A stretch of 64,000 nt of DNA from Blasia pusilla (lineage: Eukaryota), in the NCBI GenBank assembly GCA_050084515.1, contig CM114271.1:23498001-23562000 (forward strand), in the 5' to 3' direction. Position numbers and translations under genes: made by a program. How positions within the stretch are numbered: position 1 is the first letter of the stretch; each line of letters begins with the position of its first letter. Positions 27,104-39,189 of the stretch are shown in pieces. The notes beneath the pieces are model-generated. The model was given only the letters and a program-made list of their open reading frames with translations. It was not told where the DNA came from and made no database searches.

Positions 27104-27374
27104 ACCCCATCATCAAAATCTTCATGCCTGGTTTGAGAGAAAGCTGAGAGAGAAGAAATGTATCTTCAGCAGGTTTTACTCCAGCTTTGACGTTTAAGAG
27201 CTTCTGCCGCTTGGGGAGAACCGTAGTAACCTCACAAATCCGACGCTTAAGCTCTCCGACTGTATCGTCCGGACAGACTCTCACCGTATAGTCCTTGCCA
27301 GCCCATTTCACAGCTAGGGTCAGCTCTTCCATACTCGCCGGATTCGTGAGGTCGCTGCTCGACGCCAAATCCAT
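24554..27374 (-). CDS. UBLCP1: Ubiquitin-like domain-containing CTD phosphatase 1
   Basis: Exons 27374-27106, 26502-26358, 25990-25876, 25551-25488, 25279-25114, 24787-24554, all GT-AG and phase-consistent. N-terminal UBL domain; HAD motif [41 protein letters not shown]. Confidence 0.97.
26738..27196. repeat. (GT)n(GA)n and (GA)n microsatellites interleaved with three tandem copies of the UBLCP1 exon-1 3' end
   Basis: ~95-bp unit at ~26832-26928, ~26950-27044 and 27102-27196, each preceded on the plus strand by a (GA)n tract. Confidence 0.97.
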
Positions 27375-28066
27375 CGGAGAAGACTGAATTCAAAAGGTTT
27401 TCACCCGCAGAGTTCGAGATCGATGGCACCACTTCACCACCGTCTCGTTTGCCCTCATGCGCCCCTCAACACAGCGGCGCAATCAAGCGAAGAGGATCTG
27501 CCAATCAAGATACCACATGCGTTCCGTCCCACTTCCAACAGACCATCCAAAGAATGAAAACCAAGCGATTGCTCGCCCTTCTCCCCACCATCCGCCAACG
27601 ATTCTTTGCGATCGTCTCAAACCGCCACCCACTAATGAGAATCGCACATAAACAAACACCGTCGGCCGCAGTTTCCCCAGACTTCCACTCAATGAAAACC
27701 GGGACTTTCTCAAGATTCAGAGAACACGAACGAAAAGCGAAGTGCTTCCACAACCCAACCAGACACAAGAGTATGCATAACCTAACTTACACCCTATTGC
27801 CATAGCCCTTTCTAGCCGTTACGACAGTCTAGCGTCTCCCCAATTAGACGCGAGTTTTTGTTCTTGCTATAACTAGGGGTACCCCCGGGCTATTCACATA
27901 TTGATACTAAGGATTAATTGTTCTTTTCAGCTATGTCCTCGGAGCTTAATTAAGAAAAGAGTTTAATAGTTTGGCATTTCTAATAAAAAAAATTACTTGA
28001 ATAGAAATGAAAATTGAGAAGGAAGTATGTAATGGGATAACAACTTTGAAGTTTAAGTAAATAAGA

Positions 28067-28225
28067 CTAGTATTCTACTGGTTCGATGCGCGGGTGAAAA
28101 AACTTTTAGTTCTTCTTGTTAGCACTTATTTAAATATTCTTGTACATGTGTCAACACTTCAAAAAGTTTACATGTAGACACCATTAGAAGGGTTCCCCAA
28201 AACCAGTCCTCTTTAATAATATAAA
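28067..28225 (-). mobile_element. 159-bp non-autonomous mini-Helitron
   Basis: Minus strand: A|TTTATATTATTAAAGAGGACTGG (TC decayed to TT) ... degenerate hairpin cacccgcgc-atc-gaaccagt ... ATACTAG|T. Inserted between A and T. Confidence 0.6.
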
Positions 28226-29526
28226 TTGGTATGACTTTAGATGAAACCGAGCTTCACCATCTAAAATCATACCAATTTCATCTAAAATTGGTATGACAAG
28301 AAACCGAGCTTCATATTAGGGTTGGTGGTCGGTGGGACAAAGATTGGCCAAAAGGCATAGGCATAAATGATTTCTTCAATTAGAAGTAGTACGCATGTGC
28401 TGTATTGGATAAGGGTATGATATGAGGAGGTGCGGAGATGAAAAATGATGATGGAAAAATTAGCAACTCAAAATAACCTCAAAAAATTTATGGGTATATT
28501 TTTGGAGAAAATTTTGAAGGGTGTTTATGATGGCATCTTTTGAACAAATGTTTTGGGTGGATATTCCCCAAATTTTTTGAAAAATTAGTTAAGAAATTTG
28601 ACTCTGGTGCATTGCCTCATTTTTTGGAAATTAGTAAAGACAAATTTTTTTTGGTGAATTATTTGCGCCACAATCCAATCTAAAACCTAAGACATAAAAT
28701 TTTAGATATGTTCAACAATTTGTGCGCTGCTAATCGGTGTTGGCTATAAAGTTTCTCCCCTTGAACTTTAATTATGAGTTCCTAATTTCTTTGCTTAGTA
28801 TTCTCCACTCATAATTTGCTTAGACTATGTCATGATGAAGAAAAGTTGTTGAAAAAATGATTTTTCATGATAGAAGGTACTAAGTTATTATGTGAGTGAG
28901 GAATTAGGGAGTTAACAATCTTCAACAAACACAATGTGATATTTTAGATTAATCAGGTTGATTGTTTTCTAAAGAATTTTTTTTTGAATCTTTGGTAGTT
29001 AAAGTTTAATTATATATTTTTATCAAATATTTTCATTTAATAAAATTAATATAAGAAATTTTTGTTGGGACCATTAAACTAATAGAAATGATGAAAAAGG
29101 TGGGAATTTTGGTTTAAAAGAAATCCAAGACATGAATAAAAGAATTTTGGAAGAACTCTTGAGAAGTACAATGAAAGGGCGAACTCAAAGAGTTGGTGCG
29201 TACAAAAGCCACACCTTGCCAGGGGCAAAGAAAATGGGGAATCCCTTAAAGCCTAACCTCGCTAGCACCACAAATAATCTCAATGACAACTAAAAAAATA
29301 AGTACCACCAAGAAGGCCTCTAACAATGGCATCTCCCACATCTAGAGCCTACCACATAAGCCCATGGGTTTAGGCATGTTGAAGGATGATAGATATTGGT
29401 TTATACTATATACACAACTAGGGATGAGATGAGCTAGTTCATCATTGTGCATGTCTTTTTTTCATGTTTGCAACTAGTTTGCAAGTCCTCTTAATGTGAT
29501 CCTTCTTTTCAAGTGCAATTTGAGAT

Positions 29527-30411
29527 AACTCTATTTTACAACCATTTCAAACTTTGCGAGTCTCATGAGACTCCAAAGACTCACAAACACTTTGCATTGA
29601 GATTTGTGGATGTGCTTCACCAAGGGCAAGTATTGAGTATCGCAACTTATGACTTCTAGAAGACACACTTGACTAAAAAATTCTTGCAATGCAAAAGTTT
29701 AAGTACACTCCCAAACAACAAAATGTAAGCCATAAACTCCATTTTCTCTTTTCCTCCAAACTCTTCAAGACTCTTCTCCTCACTTTGAAAAAAGTTTCTT
29801 TTTATAGTGGAGCTAACTCTTTTTTTATAATATTACAAAAAACCTCAAGACGAGTTAATGTTGAAGGATATGTAGATGAGTGAGATTCACAGTGCTACAT
29901 GTTTTTTCCCTCCAAGATTAATGGTTTTGAAGAGTAAGAAATGAATGAGATAAAATGAAGAGTAAAGGCTTCCCGGAAGAGAAATTGGAAGAAGCCAAAC
30001 CCCCTTGAAAAAGCGTTTCATGGACCCAAAACTAATTACAAACTAAACAAAGAGGGGCAAACAAAAGTACTTTGCAAATATCGAAAACCACTACTTGGAC
30101 TTGTCGTTTATCAAAGTTTTTACAACTTGTTTTCCAAGAAATTTTATCCAAGGACTTTGGGAGTATGAGTAGTTGCAAAGCTGCAAAAAGTTACAAGTCA
30201 TTTACGAGAATCTTGTGAGCGTGTTGTGATGCAATTGCGAGTGTAACAAAATGGAACTTTCTGGCTACCTTGCAATTGGAATCTACGAGTCCAATTCCCA
30301 ACTTTGTAAGTGTAGGACTCACAAAGTTTCATGTTCAATGTGGATGTACTATGATTGTTGAACACTTGCACTACTTCCCCTAGGACTCGCAAAATGGTTG
30401 TAAATGTAGTT
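29527..30411. mobile_element. Non-autonomous TIR DNA element, ~0.9 kb
   Basis: Left aactctattttacaaccattt...tttgcgagtc and right gactcgcaaaatggttgtaaatgtagtt are inverted repeats. gagtc/gactc motifs recur near both ends. TSD not resolved. Confidence 0.5.
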
Positions 30412-31407
30412 GTGGTCCGGGCGCAATAATCTTAGACCATCCATTTTTTGAATCCAGTAAGGAAACCGATGAACTTCTTACCCATTACTCCATACATCTC
30501 AATGGCCAATTGTCTTCTCTAGGAGGACGATCTTCTTTCATGCAAAGACTCCTCCGTGTCTATTATGTTATTATCCCAACTTTTTAGTTCTAAAAGAAAC
30601 CATCTTAATTACAGCCCCTACATACACTCCCCATTGTTTCTCTCCATGTAACTATCAAGTGTCCTCCACATAAACCAGGATGTGGCCCCTTTTAAGGTTT
30701 TGAGTTTTATAACGGACTTTGGAAACATGTTTACATTGGGAACAGTCAAGAGTAACACAACATGAATCGGATTCCGATTCGGAGTAACACGATAGTCAGG
30801 ATAGGGAGTAACACGGCAAAATCTCGAGTAACATGGCGCGCCGTATGTTTGGAGGGTCGGAGAGCAGTGGGCAAGGTTTGGAAAACACGAATTGGGAAGT
30901 GGATACTATTCCATATTAATGAGAGAATTAATATTAGCATGGACACTAAAACCCGTACATAATAACTTGCATTTTGGAATCTGTGCATAGTGTAGAGTCA
31001 ACTTCTTGAAGGAGCAGTAATAAATGTCTATGAATAAATCCCCCAAGGTTTCCAACTGTGGGATAAGGAGGAGGCTCCCCTCCACTTAATCATGCGCTTA
31101 GGAAGTAAACATACCCTAATCCTCCGACTAAGGTCGAATTATATCGAGTTCAGCCCTACTGGTCACAAAACACGTGAGGACGTGCATACGTTTCCTTTCG
31201 TAGCACAGGAGAAGGCGGTAATGTCGAACTAGAGAGGGAAAATCACACAGAGGCAGGGAGAGAGAGAGGGCGAGGGTTTTGCGTATCAATGGATGTTCAT
31301 GCGCGCACGCGCGATGGTGTTACTTGAGGACGGGATATAACCGGCGTTAGAGGAAGCGATTTCGAAGAGGTCGACGAGGAGCGCCTGTGATATCGGCATT
31401 GGTTGCA

Positions 31408-34328
31408 ATGGCTCGTCTATTCAAGGTGCGGTGCTATCTCTACCCCTCTCCGGAGAAAATCTTCAATTTTCATGGTGTCAATTGGAAATCTCTGTACCAC
31501 TTTAGGGTGTCAATTGGAAATCAATTGGAAATCCTGGAGCCGTGTTTGCGGAGGAGAGCAGGAGTCGGTTGCCGGTCGTTAACGAGCTATCGGTGCCGAA
31601 AAGTTTTGCCACTGGTTAAGAGCAGCTCGTGTCGGTAGTAGGTGCCGAAACTCATGCATGTGTACAATGTGTGGGACCTCCTGGGATCCAAGATTGATAC
31701 GGGAGCCGGAGATAGGTGATTTGGATTGGTCAATGTGTCCCACGAGTGACATTTCAGTTCTGTGGACGAGGAAGTGAATGTGCTTCTTTCCGTCTACATG
31801 TTAGGGCGTGACCTGAGAGTACCAACGTTTCTTCCAAGGTTAATGGATGGCCTTTTGCGAATCTCCTGCCTTTGCAATGACTTCACGTAGTACGAAGCAG
31901 CTGAAATACTCGTCGGTTTGTTTTCTGACAGAACCCGGACCAGCTCTCAGCATACAGAGATCGTAGATTCGTGGGTACTCAGGATGAGTTTGAGCACGCC
32001 CTTCGAACTTCTGTGACAGTTTACGTAGGAAACTTGTCATTCTATACAACTGAAGAGCAGATTTATGAGGTCTTTTCTCGGACTGGTGAAATAAAAAAAA
32101 TAATTATGGGTCTGGACAAGAACACGAAGACTCCTTGTGGATTCTGCTTCGTCATGTATTTTTCTTGCCTCATACTTCCTCATAAACTTGAAATTTATTC
32201 GGTTGAGCCTGTGCTAACCTTAGCCTGTATCACTCTTTTCTGAAGTTTATCGGGACTGTCCCAAAGTGTGGATACATTTTGATCTTAAAAATCCCTTGCT
32301 TCCAGTTTAGTAAGTTTCTCGGACATGGAACGTTCTTCTTTTGGAACACTTGCAATAGGAAGGCACTTGTATTGCCTGTCTCGTTTATAAAAGGGTAATG
32401 TTGTGCCATTCGACGACTTGCCGGTCTCACTCCGATTATGTGTACATCATCCGAGGTGCACAGATATTATACCCGTGAGGATGCTGACGATGCTGTCAAG
32501 TACATAAGTGGAACAATCCTAGATGATAGACCAATCCGTGTCGACTTCGACTGGGGCTTCCAAGAGGGCCGTCAGTGGGGCCGAGGAAGAAGTGGTGGGC
32601 AAGTATGTTGCAAATTTCCTTGCATGGATTTCTTGTCCCAGAAGTTTTAAGTGGATCTCAGTGTCAGGTCTACTCTTTGTGATTTGCCTCCCAAGGCCTG
32701 CGAAGTAATGGCAATTAAGCCCCTGACATGAAACTAACCCAGGTTATAATTGACAACCCTGGTGAGGGGTGGTCATGGACAGTCCACTTCAAAGTTTGCT
32801 GTCTGGGATCCCAGAACTTCATTGTTTTAGAAGTTCACAATGATCTACTGCAAAGCAGATGTTTCATCATTCTTGGACAAGGAGAAAGGAAGGCTTCACA
32901 TCCATGAAGTGCCATGGTACTAATTAGAAGGGTCATTGCAATTTTACAGGTTCGAGATGAGTACCGCACTGATTATGATCCTGATATCCTTTTGCAACCA
33001 GCCCTTTTCATCATTTCTGGTATAATGATTTTGCTTCTGGTAGACAGTTATCACACAACTTCAGAAGGTACAGCAGTCAGTTTTCTCTGTGACTTTTGCA
33101 TCAAACCAGTCATACAGCACTATTGTAAAGCACTAGTTTGATACAACAGTCAGTTCAAGCTGGCCTTTAAGAACTCATCATCTTGGTGATTGAAAGGGCT
33201 GGCTGTGTTGCCCATTGATCTACAATTTTTATCACCTTACTTGCATTAATCTCTCACCCTTTCTTATCATACTCCATCTATGTGGTGAGTACATGAAATT
33301 GTGGATACTCTCCTTAACTACATGGCACGTAGAGGTGGATATGGGAAGTTAGTCCAAAAGGAGCTGGAGAGTCGCAGACAACTTGTAGATTACGAAGCTC
33401 CTGTTGGTGGCCTAGGAGCTTTGCCAGCTTACCCTCTTTATTCAAATAATCCATGTAAGTAGAAGGGATTGGCATAAGAAAATTTTTATTTTTGGATTAC
33501 TGTCAACTTATGCCTCTTGTTGCTACTGTAAACACTATAGGAAGCCTATAAATTCAAATGTGCACGGCTTACTTACAAATGAGTATATCCAATGTCTTTT
33601 GCGTGCAGATGGGGGTGGCCAAGGGGGCTATGGCGGGGGCAGTTATCGGAACAGAGGTAATAAACTACACAATCAAATATTCTGTTCCTCACAATCTGGT
33701 GTGAGAAGTTCAAAACCCCTCAAAGCAGTGTGGTTGCGAATCCATTCATAGCCGGACCCTTTTCCGAGTTAAAATTTTCGAGATTCTGATGACATCAAAT
33801 TAGAAATGCTTTGATATGTAATTAAAAACTTCGTATTTCTAGTCCATTTGGGGGCAGTGTTCACTGGCATGGTCCAGCATGTCTCAAAGCCCTTGTTGTT
33901 TGGTTTCTTTTGTTTACCAAGGTACGTAATCAACACAAGATTTATGTGTTCCTTGAACTAAGATTGTGATGGGTGATTAGGAGGCGGCTTCAAACGACAA
34001 AGAGATGCAGAAGATCGTGCACCTGCTGATGGTGTTAAGAGAGTTGACCGTGGCCCACGACAGGTGTGTCCTTCAAAATTTGAGAAGATCTTAGATCATA
34101 GAAATAGATCTATCCATTATTTTCTGCAGTCAGTCTTTCAACTATCTATTTTTGATACAAAATGCCCAATGCAATGTTCCAAAATTTTGCAACCAAGGTC
34201 TTATATTGCTCAAGGTCAAATTTTTACATCTAGTAATGGTATTATCCTTACTTTATTGCCAGCAGGAGAAGAATCCACGATTTCGAGAGAAAGGAGATTC
34301 AGATGACGAGGATGGTGGAAAGACTTAA
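31408..34328 (+). CDS. CBP20: Nuclear cap-binding protein subunit 2 (CBP20), 8 exons
   Basis: Exons 31408-31425, 31932-32155, 32464-32602, 32950-32983, 33329-33454, 33609-33656, 33981-34063, 34266-34328. RRM motifs [61 protein letters not shown]; plant tail EKNPRFRE. Confidence 0.98.
32984..33328 (+). other. U12-type (minor spliceosome) AT-AC intron, CBP20 intron 4
   Basis: 5' site ATATCCTTTT at 32984, branch TCCTTAAC at 33311-33318, terminal AC at 33327-33328. Splicing restores DYDP-G-RGGYG. Confidence 0.97.
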
Positions 34329-35959
34329 TATTTAGTATTTCCCTCCAAATTGATTGTCTTATTGCCCACGCCATACGTTGTCTTGCAAATGGAAGCCTCC
34401 ATAGATCGAGAGAGACTGGCTATCTATTCTGATCGTCATGTGTCCTCAACTTGGAATAGACTCTGAATACTGTCAACTAGATAGGGCAGACGATGACACA
34501 TGTATTTTTACAGGAAGAGACTTAGAGGTTACTGTCTTTGACGGACAGGCTAGCTCCTCCTACAGTGCCGGAGTTTTTGGACCAGATAGACCACAAGAAT
34601 GTTGCTCCCTTTTAGAAAAATTGATGGGTTGTGATGGACTCGATCAAATTTGTGGTTGTTACTGCTGTCTAAGGTGAAGGTTAAATTGTGGTATCAAAGT
34701 TATCATCAGACAACCTTATAAACAAGCATTGACAATGGATGTGAGAACAGTTGTATGTATTGAATGATTCTCCTGTCTTGAGTTATCTAATCATTAGACC
34801 TGGGAGATTTACTGTGTGGAAGATACAATCAAGTGGTAAAACTGAAGGTTTCATTTGCAGGCTTGTAAATACTGCGCAGTGATGCACTGGATTTATTCCA
34901 TATGATACACCCTCTCAGGAACAAGGAGTGGAGGTTGTCTGCCTTAAACTTCAAATGCTGTGCTCAGTTGAAATAGTTTTTATTTCAACGTTCTAGACAA
35001 ATATGTCTGCCTCTTCTCTTGCTGTCTTTGTTGAAAGTTTGAATTTGGCCTAGCTACTCCATGGGCATAAAGAGAGGTGGCAAAAGACTGAATTCTATCA
35101 ACAACTAAATATGCCCTAGAACTTGGCAGTTGCTTCTAGGAATGACAACTTTCAGTGAAAACATGGATAATTGCTGTAGCTCTTGCACATCTGCTGGTTA
35201 GTCTATTATCCACGACATCGACAAACTTATTATCAAAGGGTTCCTGCAGGTATTAGTAGGTTCTTGGTATAGGAGCAAATCTGGATTCTGCCACAAATCA
35301 GGTCCTTGGGCTGCAATGTTAACTGGGGAACGTGTGCATACTCAAAGACCAACCCAGCTCCAAGTTTTAGTACTTCTGCTTGTTTTTATAACCAGCAATA
35401 AGGTGGGGAACAGGAGTAGTATTAAACATGAGTGCTGTGCAACAATTTTTTTGATGGAAGTCCGAGTATTTCTGATTAGAGGCAAGGATAACATAGCTGC
35501 TAAGTGGACTTCGAATTCTAGAGAGTTACTGTGTATTGAGAAGACTTGGATTTAACTGGTGGCGAAGTTGGGATGTTTTGAAGTCGTCTTTGTGGAGAAG
35601 GGTGTCTGGGTTTAGGTTTGAATCAATACACTCCTGATGCGTATGCATCACATTTGCACTACTTAAGTAGCTCTTTGCTCCATCCGCTTTTCTGTACGGT
35701 ATGTATCACATTCGAGTTGTGACAGTTTCATCAATTTTTGCTTGTCTGAACTTACATCGTCAGAGACTCGATGTTCCAGATGAGTGTGGAGCTTCGATAC
35801 TGCCATACCCTTTTCTGGTCACTTGTGTGAAGGTGAGCATCCTTCCAAAATCATTTTCCTTTTCAACATCCCAGGCAATAGAGGTTTCTCTCGAATGTTG
35901 AGGCAACACGGTTGCAGCGGCAAAACCCCATGTGCTCTCACGAGTAGAGTTGCGATTAA

Positions 35960-36370
35960 ATCGACTGTCATTTCTCGCTCTGTCTGGACTCTCGCTATGT
36001 GGCTGTAGCTTTCTCTGGACTTTTGACTGTCAACTCTTGCTCTGTCCGGACTCTTGCTCTTTTTGTGCAAGATAGTGCGACACTACGGGTGTAAGGCAAT
36101 GAGACCATGTGACTCTCGAGTTGAGTCTCGACTTTCATTTTGAGGCACTACGGTTGCGTGGCTGTAGCAACGTAGCTTTGTCTCGACTGTCAACTCTCGC
36201 TCTGTGTCTGGAGTCTCGCTATGTGGCTGCGACTCTCGAATTCTGCTCTGCAGTTGGGACTTGTCAATGAATGACTATTGTCTCTTGTCTGGATTTTGAC
36301 TATGCTATTCAGACTTGTCTCTTGAATTTGCATGCCCTTAGGCTTCAGCAGTGTCGACTCTGTTGACGCT
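35960..36370. repeat. Short repeated motifs upstream of the hAT transposase (probable subterminal repeats)
   Basis: Recurrent gactctcg/gagtctcg, and a longer unit gactgtcaactctcgctctgtctggactctcgctatgtggctg at ~35963, ~36025 and ~36185. Confidence 0.7.
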
Positions 36371-36992
36371 TTATTTCCTTTCATGACTAGCCTGCTACAA
36401 TGCTGTTGCGTATCAACGACAAATCTCGCCGCATTGAAACAGTGGAGTAGCCGCAACACCTTAGGTCCGAATCTCTCTCGAACGCTGCAAAACTTCGCTC
36501 TTCCTAGAAATCTATATTCAGCTCCGTAATCTGTTGAGGATCCAATCTATCTGTCTACTCTACGAATCTTCTAATTTGCTCGCGAGCCACTTCTGCTTGC
36601 ACAACATTTTTGCAGATTAGTCAGGCCTTTGGATACTCCATTTCAACGAGAGTATTACAGTACTCACGATCGCCTTCAGCATGCTATGTGTTTAGACATA
36701 ATTTCTAACTTGACAGGTTTCTTAACACAATTTTTGAGGCTTTTGATTTGCTCTTTCACAAGCTTTAGAATTTTAGTTGATGCCCTTCATGCGCATCTCT
36801 GCAAAAAGTTTTCCTTTTCGTAATTGTTTCTTTTTCCTCATTGCAAACAGGCTTTTGCTTTCGGGTAAGGGTGGGAACTTGTCACTTAAAAAGGTCTTAA
36901 AGTTCCTTGACCTAAACTACACTAGGTCAGTTCCAACCTCTGTCTGCTTGGACATTATTTTTTTGTCATAGATGGCTAAGAGATAGCGAACT

Positions 36993-39189
36993 ATGAGCGA
37001 GATGTTAAACAAAAAAGTAAGCCAAGATTTTCCAAAGGAAAGAAGTTGGTCAGGATCAAAGTCAGGGTCATCGGATGGACAGGAAATTGACAAATCTAGT
37101 GCTCCTCCTGGAAGTCAAGTCGAGAAGAATAGATTGGCTTGGAAGGATGTATGGTACACCTTATTTGATTGGATAGAATTTCATGTAGAATCCGGTAGAA
37201 GATTTTGCAAAGTTTGTAAACACGGGAAGGGCAAGAATTCCTTTGCAAGAGATGGTGCCATAAACTGTGAGGTTTCGGCCTTTACAAATCATGGTACATC
37301 TAATGAACATGTGAAGCTTTCTTGGGCTGCAAATATAGGAAACAGGTCCATGGTCAAGGCCATTGCCACTACTAACAGGACGTGTGATATTGCCTTGTTG
37401 ACTTTGTTTAAGTGCGCATATTTTATTACGAAGGAAGTCATGGATTTTGTGAATGCACCAATTACCTGAGATTTATACCAGATGAGAAGAGTGGTGCTGA
37501 AATGTGTTATTATATTAGTCAAGTGCTACATAGAAGAACCCTTCTGGAAGTGCAACAATCCCCTTTTTTGGGGATCATGATTGATGAGTCTACTGATATT
37601 TCAGTAACGGGTCATCTTGTAGTATTTGCAACATACATACAAGAGGGGCAAGTGGAAAATTCTTTTATAGGATTGTTGCAATGTCCAGAGAAGTATTTTA
37701 ATGCAATTAATAACAATCTTATAGAGTTGATCAAGGATTGTGGACTAGATAGTTCTAAGATGGTGGCTTTTGGATCAGATGGAGCCTCTACTATGGTAGG
37801 TAGTCAAAATGGAGTAGCTTCTCAGTTGAAGCATAAGGTGAATCCTTTTCTGCTGTATGTGCATTGCGTTGCACATAGAACTAACTTAGCTGCTTTGACA
37901 GTAGCCAAAGGAGCAAGGTGTAAAGATGTATCTATAGAAATAGATTCTATCTTGAATACTATAGCTAGATACTTTAGAAGGTCTTCAAAGAGGAAGTGTG
38001 GTCTTGCAGCTTTGCAAGAGAAGTTGAATGATTCTCAGAGGGTCATGAAAAGATATCATAAAATTGGTTGGTTGTTGTGATGGCAAGCCGTGACTACTTT
38101 GTGTGATTCGTTGGAGTCTGTCCTTAAATATTTCAGGGATATTCCCCGTTCTAAAGACGATGGTAATGCTGCTAATATGTACAACAAGTTGAGATCATTT
38201 CTACTAGTTGTATTTTTGGGCAGACATTTTGTGTATAGTTGCTAACTTGAGTAAGGTTTTCCAGTACAAGTTTGTACATGTTAGTACCATTGGTAGTATT
38301 TTGAATTCTGAGATTGCCTCTATTACAATTAACTTTGTGATGGAGAGTCATGACTTGAATGCTTCTACATTCTCGGAGGCAACAGGTTATCATCTCTTAC
38401 CTGATTTTGGATCCCCTGGTGGTTATTTAAAACGATTGCAATCTGAGATCAGGGGTAGAAAGTACCATAGTATTGAAATGTTGAGGGATCCTATTGGAAA
38501 GGATTTACTAGTTGCTCTAACTTTCCAGAAAAGTTATGTTGAGAATGTATGTGCGGCCTTACAAGATCGATTCAGGGACAATAATTTGATAGGTGCATTG
38601 AGTATTTTGAATCCTCTGCATATGCCCTCAAGGCTTGTAGGGTTGAATAGTTGGGGTTGCAAGGATTTTGATGATCTATGTGCACATTTTGGAAGAGATT
38701 ATCTTGTGAAGGGTCAATTGCAACCTGCTGTTGTGAATTCAGTAGCTATAAAACTAGAGTTTCAGTCATTTAAGCTCATGGCCACCACAGAATGGAAAGA
38801 CATGAAATTTCGAGATCTGTGGACAATGGTAAGTTGGAGTCCATCCTTGCAATTTAAGTTCTCTAATTTTCTTGTATTAGCCAACATTGCTAGGGTATAA
38901 TGTGTGAGTACTGCAATTTGTGAGAACTTTCTCTGTGCAGAATATGATCAAGACAAAGTGTTGTAATAAATTAATGACTAAGCATTTAGATGTTCTTCTT
39001 AGGATAGCATTGGAGGGGAATATTTTTGACTATGAGGATCTTTTGGTCGAATGGGTAGTGCTTTGGAAAACATCTGCACACTTTAGATATGTGTATTCGA
39101 ATCGTGAGAAATACGTGAATGACGTGGACACTACAGTAGAGGTTGCAAGTGTAGAAGATTCTCCAAGTGCACCAATTTCAGATGTTTAG
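36993..39189 (+). pseudogene. Decayed hAT-family transposase (ZNF862/DUF4371-like)
   Basis: Zn-finger FCKVCK...H...H; catalytic region IMIDESTD, FGSDGASTM, HCVAHR; dimerisation region ARV*CVSTAICE/RTFS. Several frameshifts and stops. Element ends not found. Confidence 0.92.
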
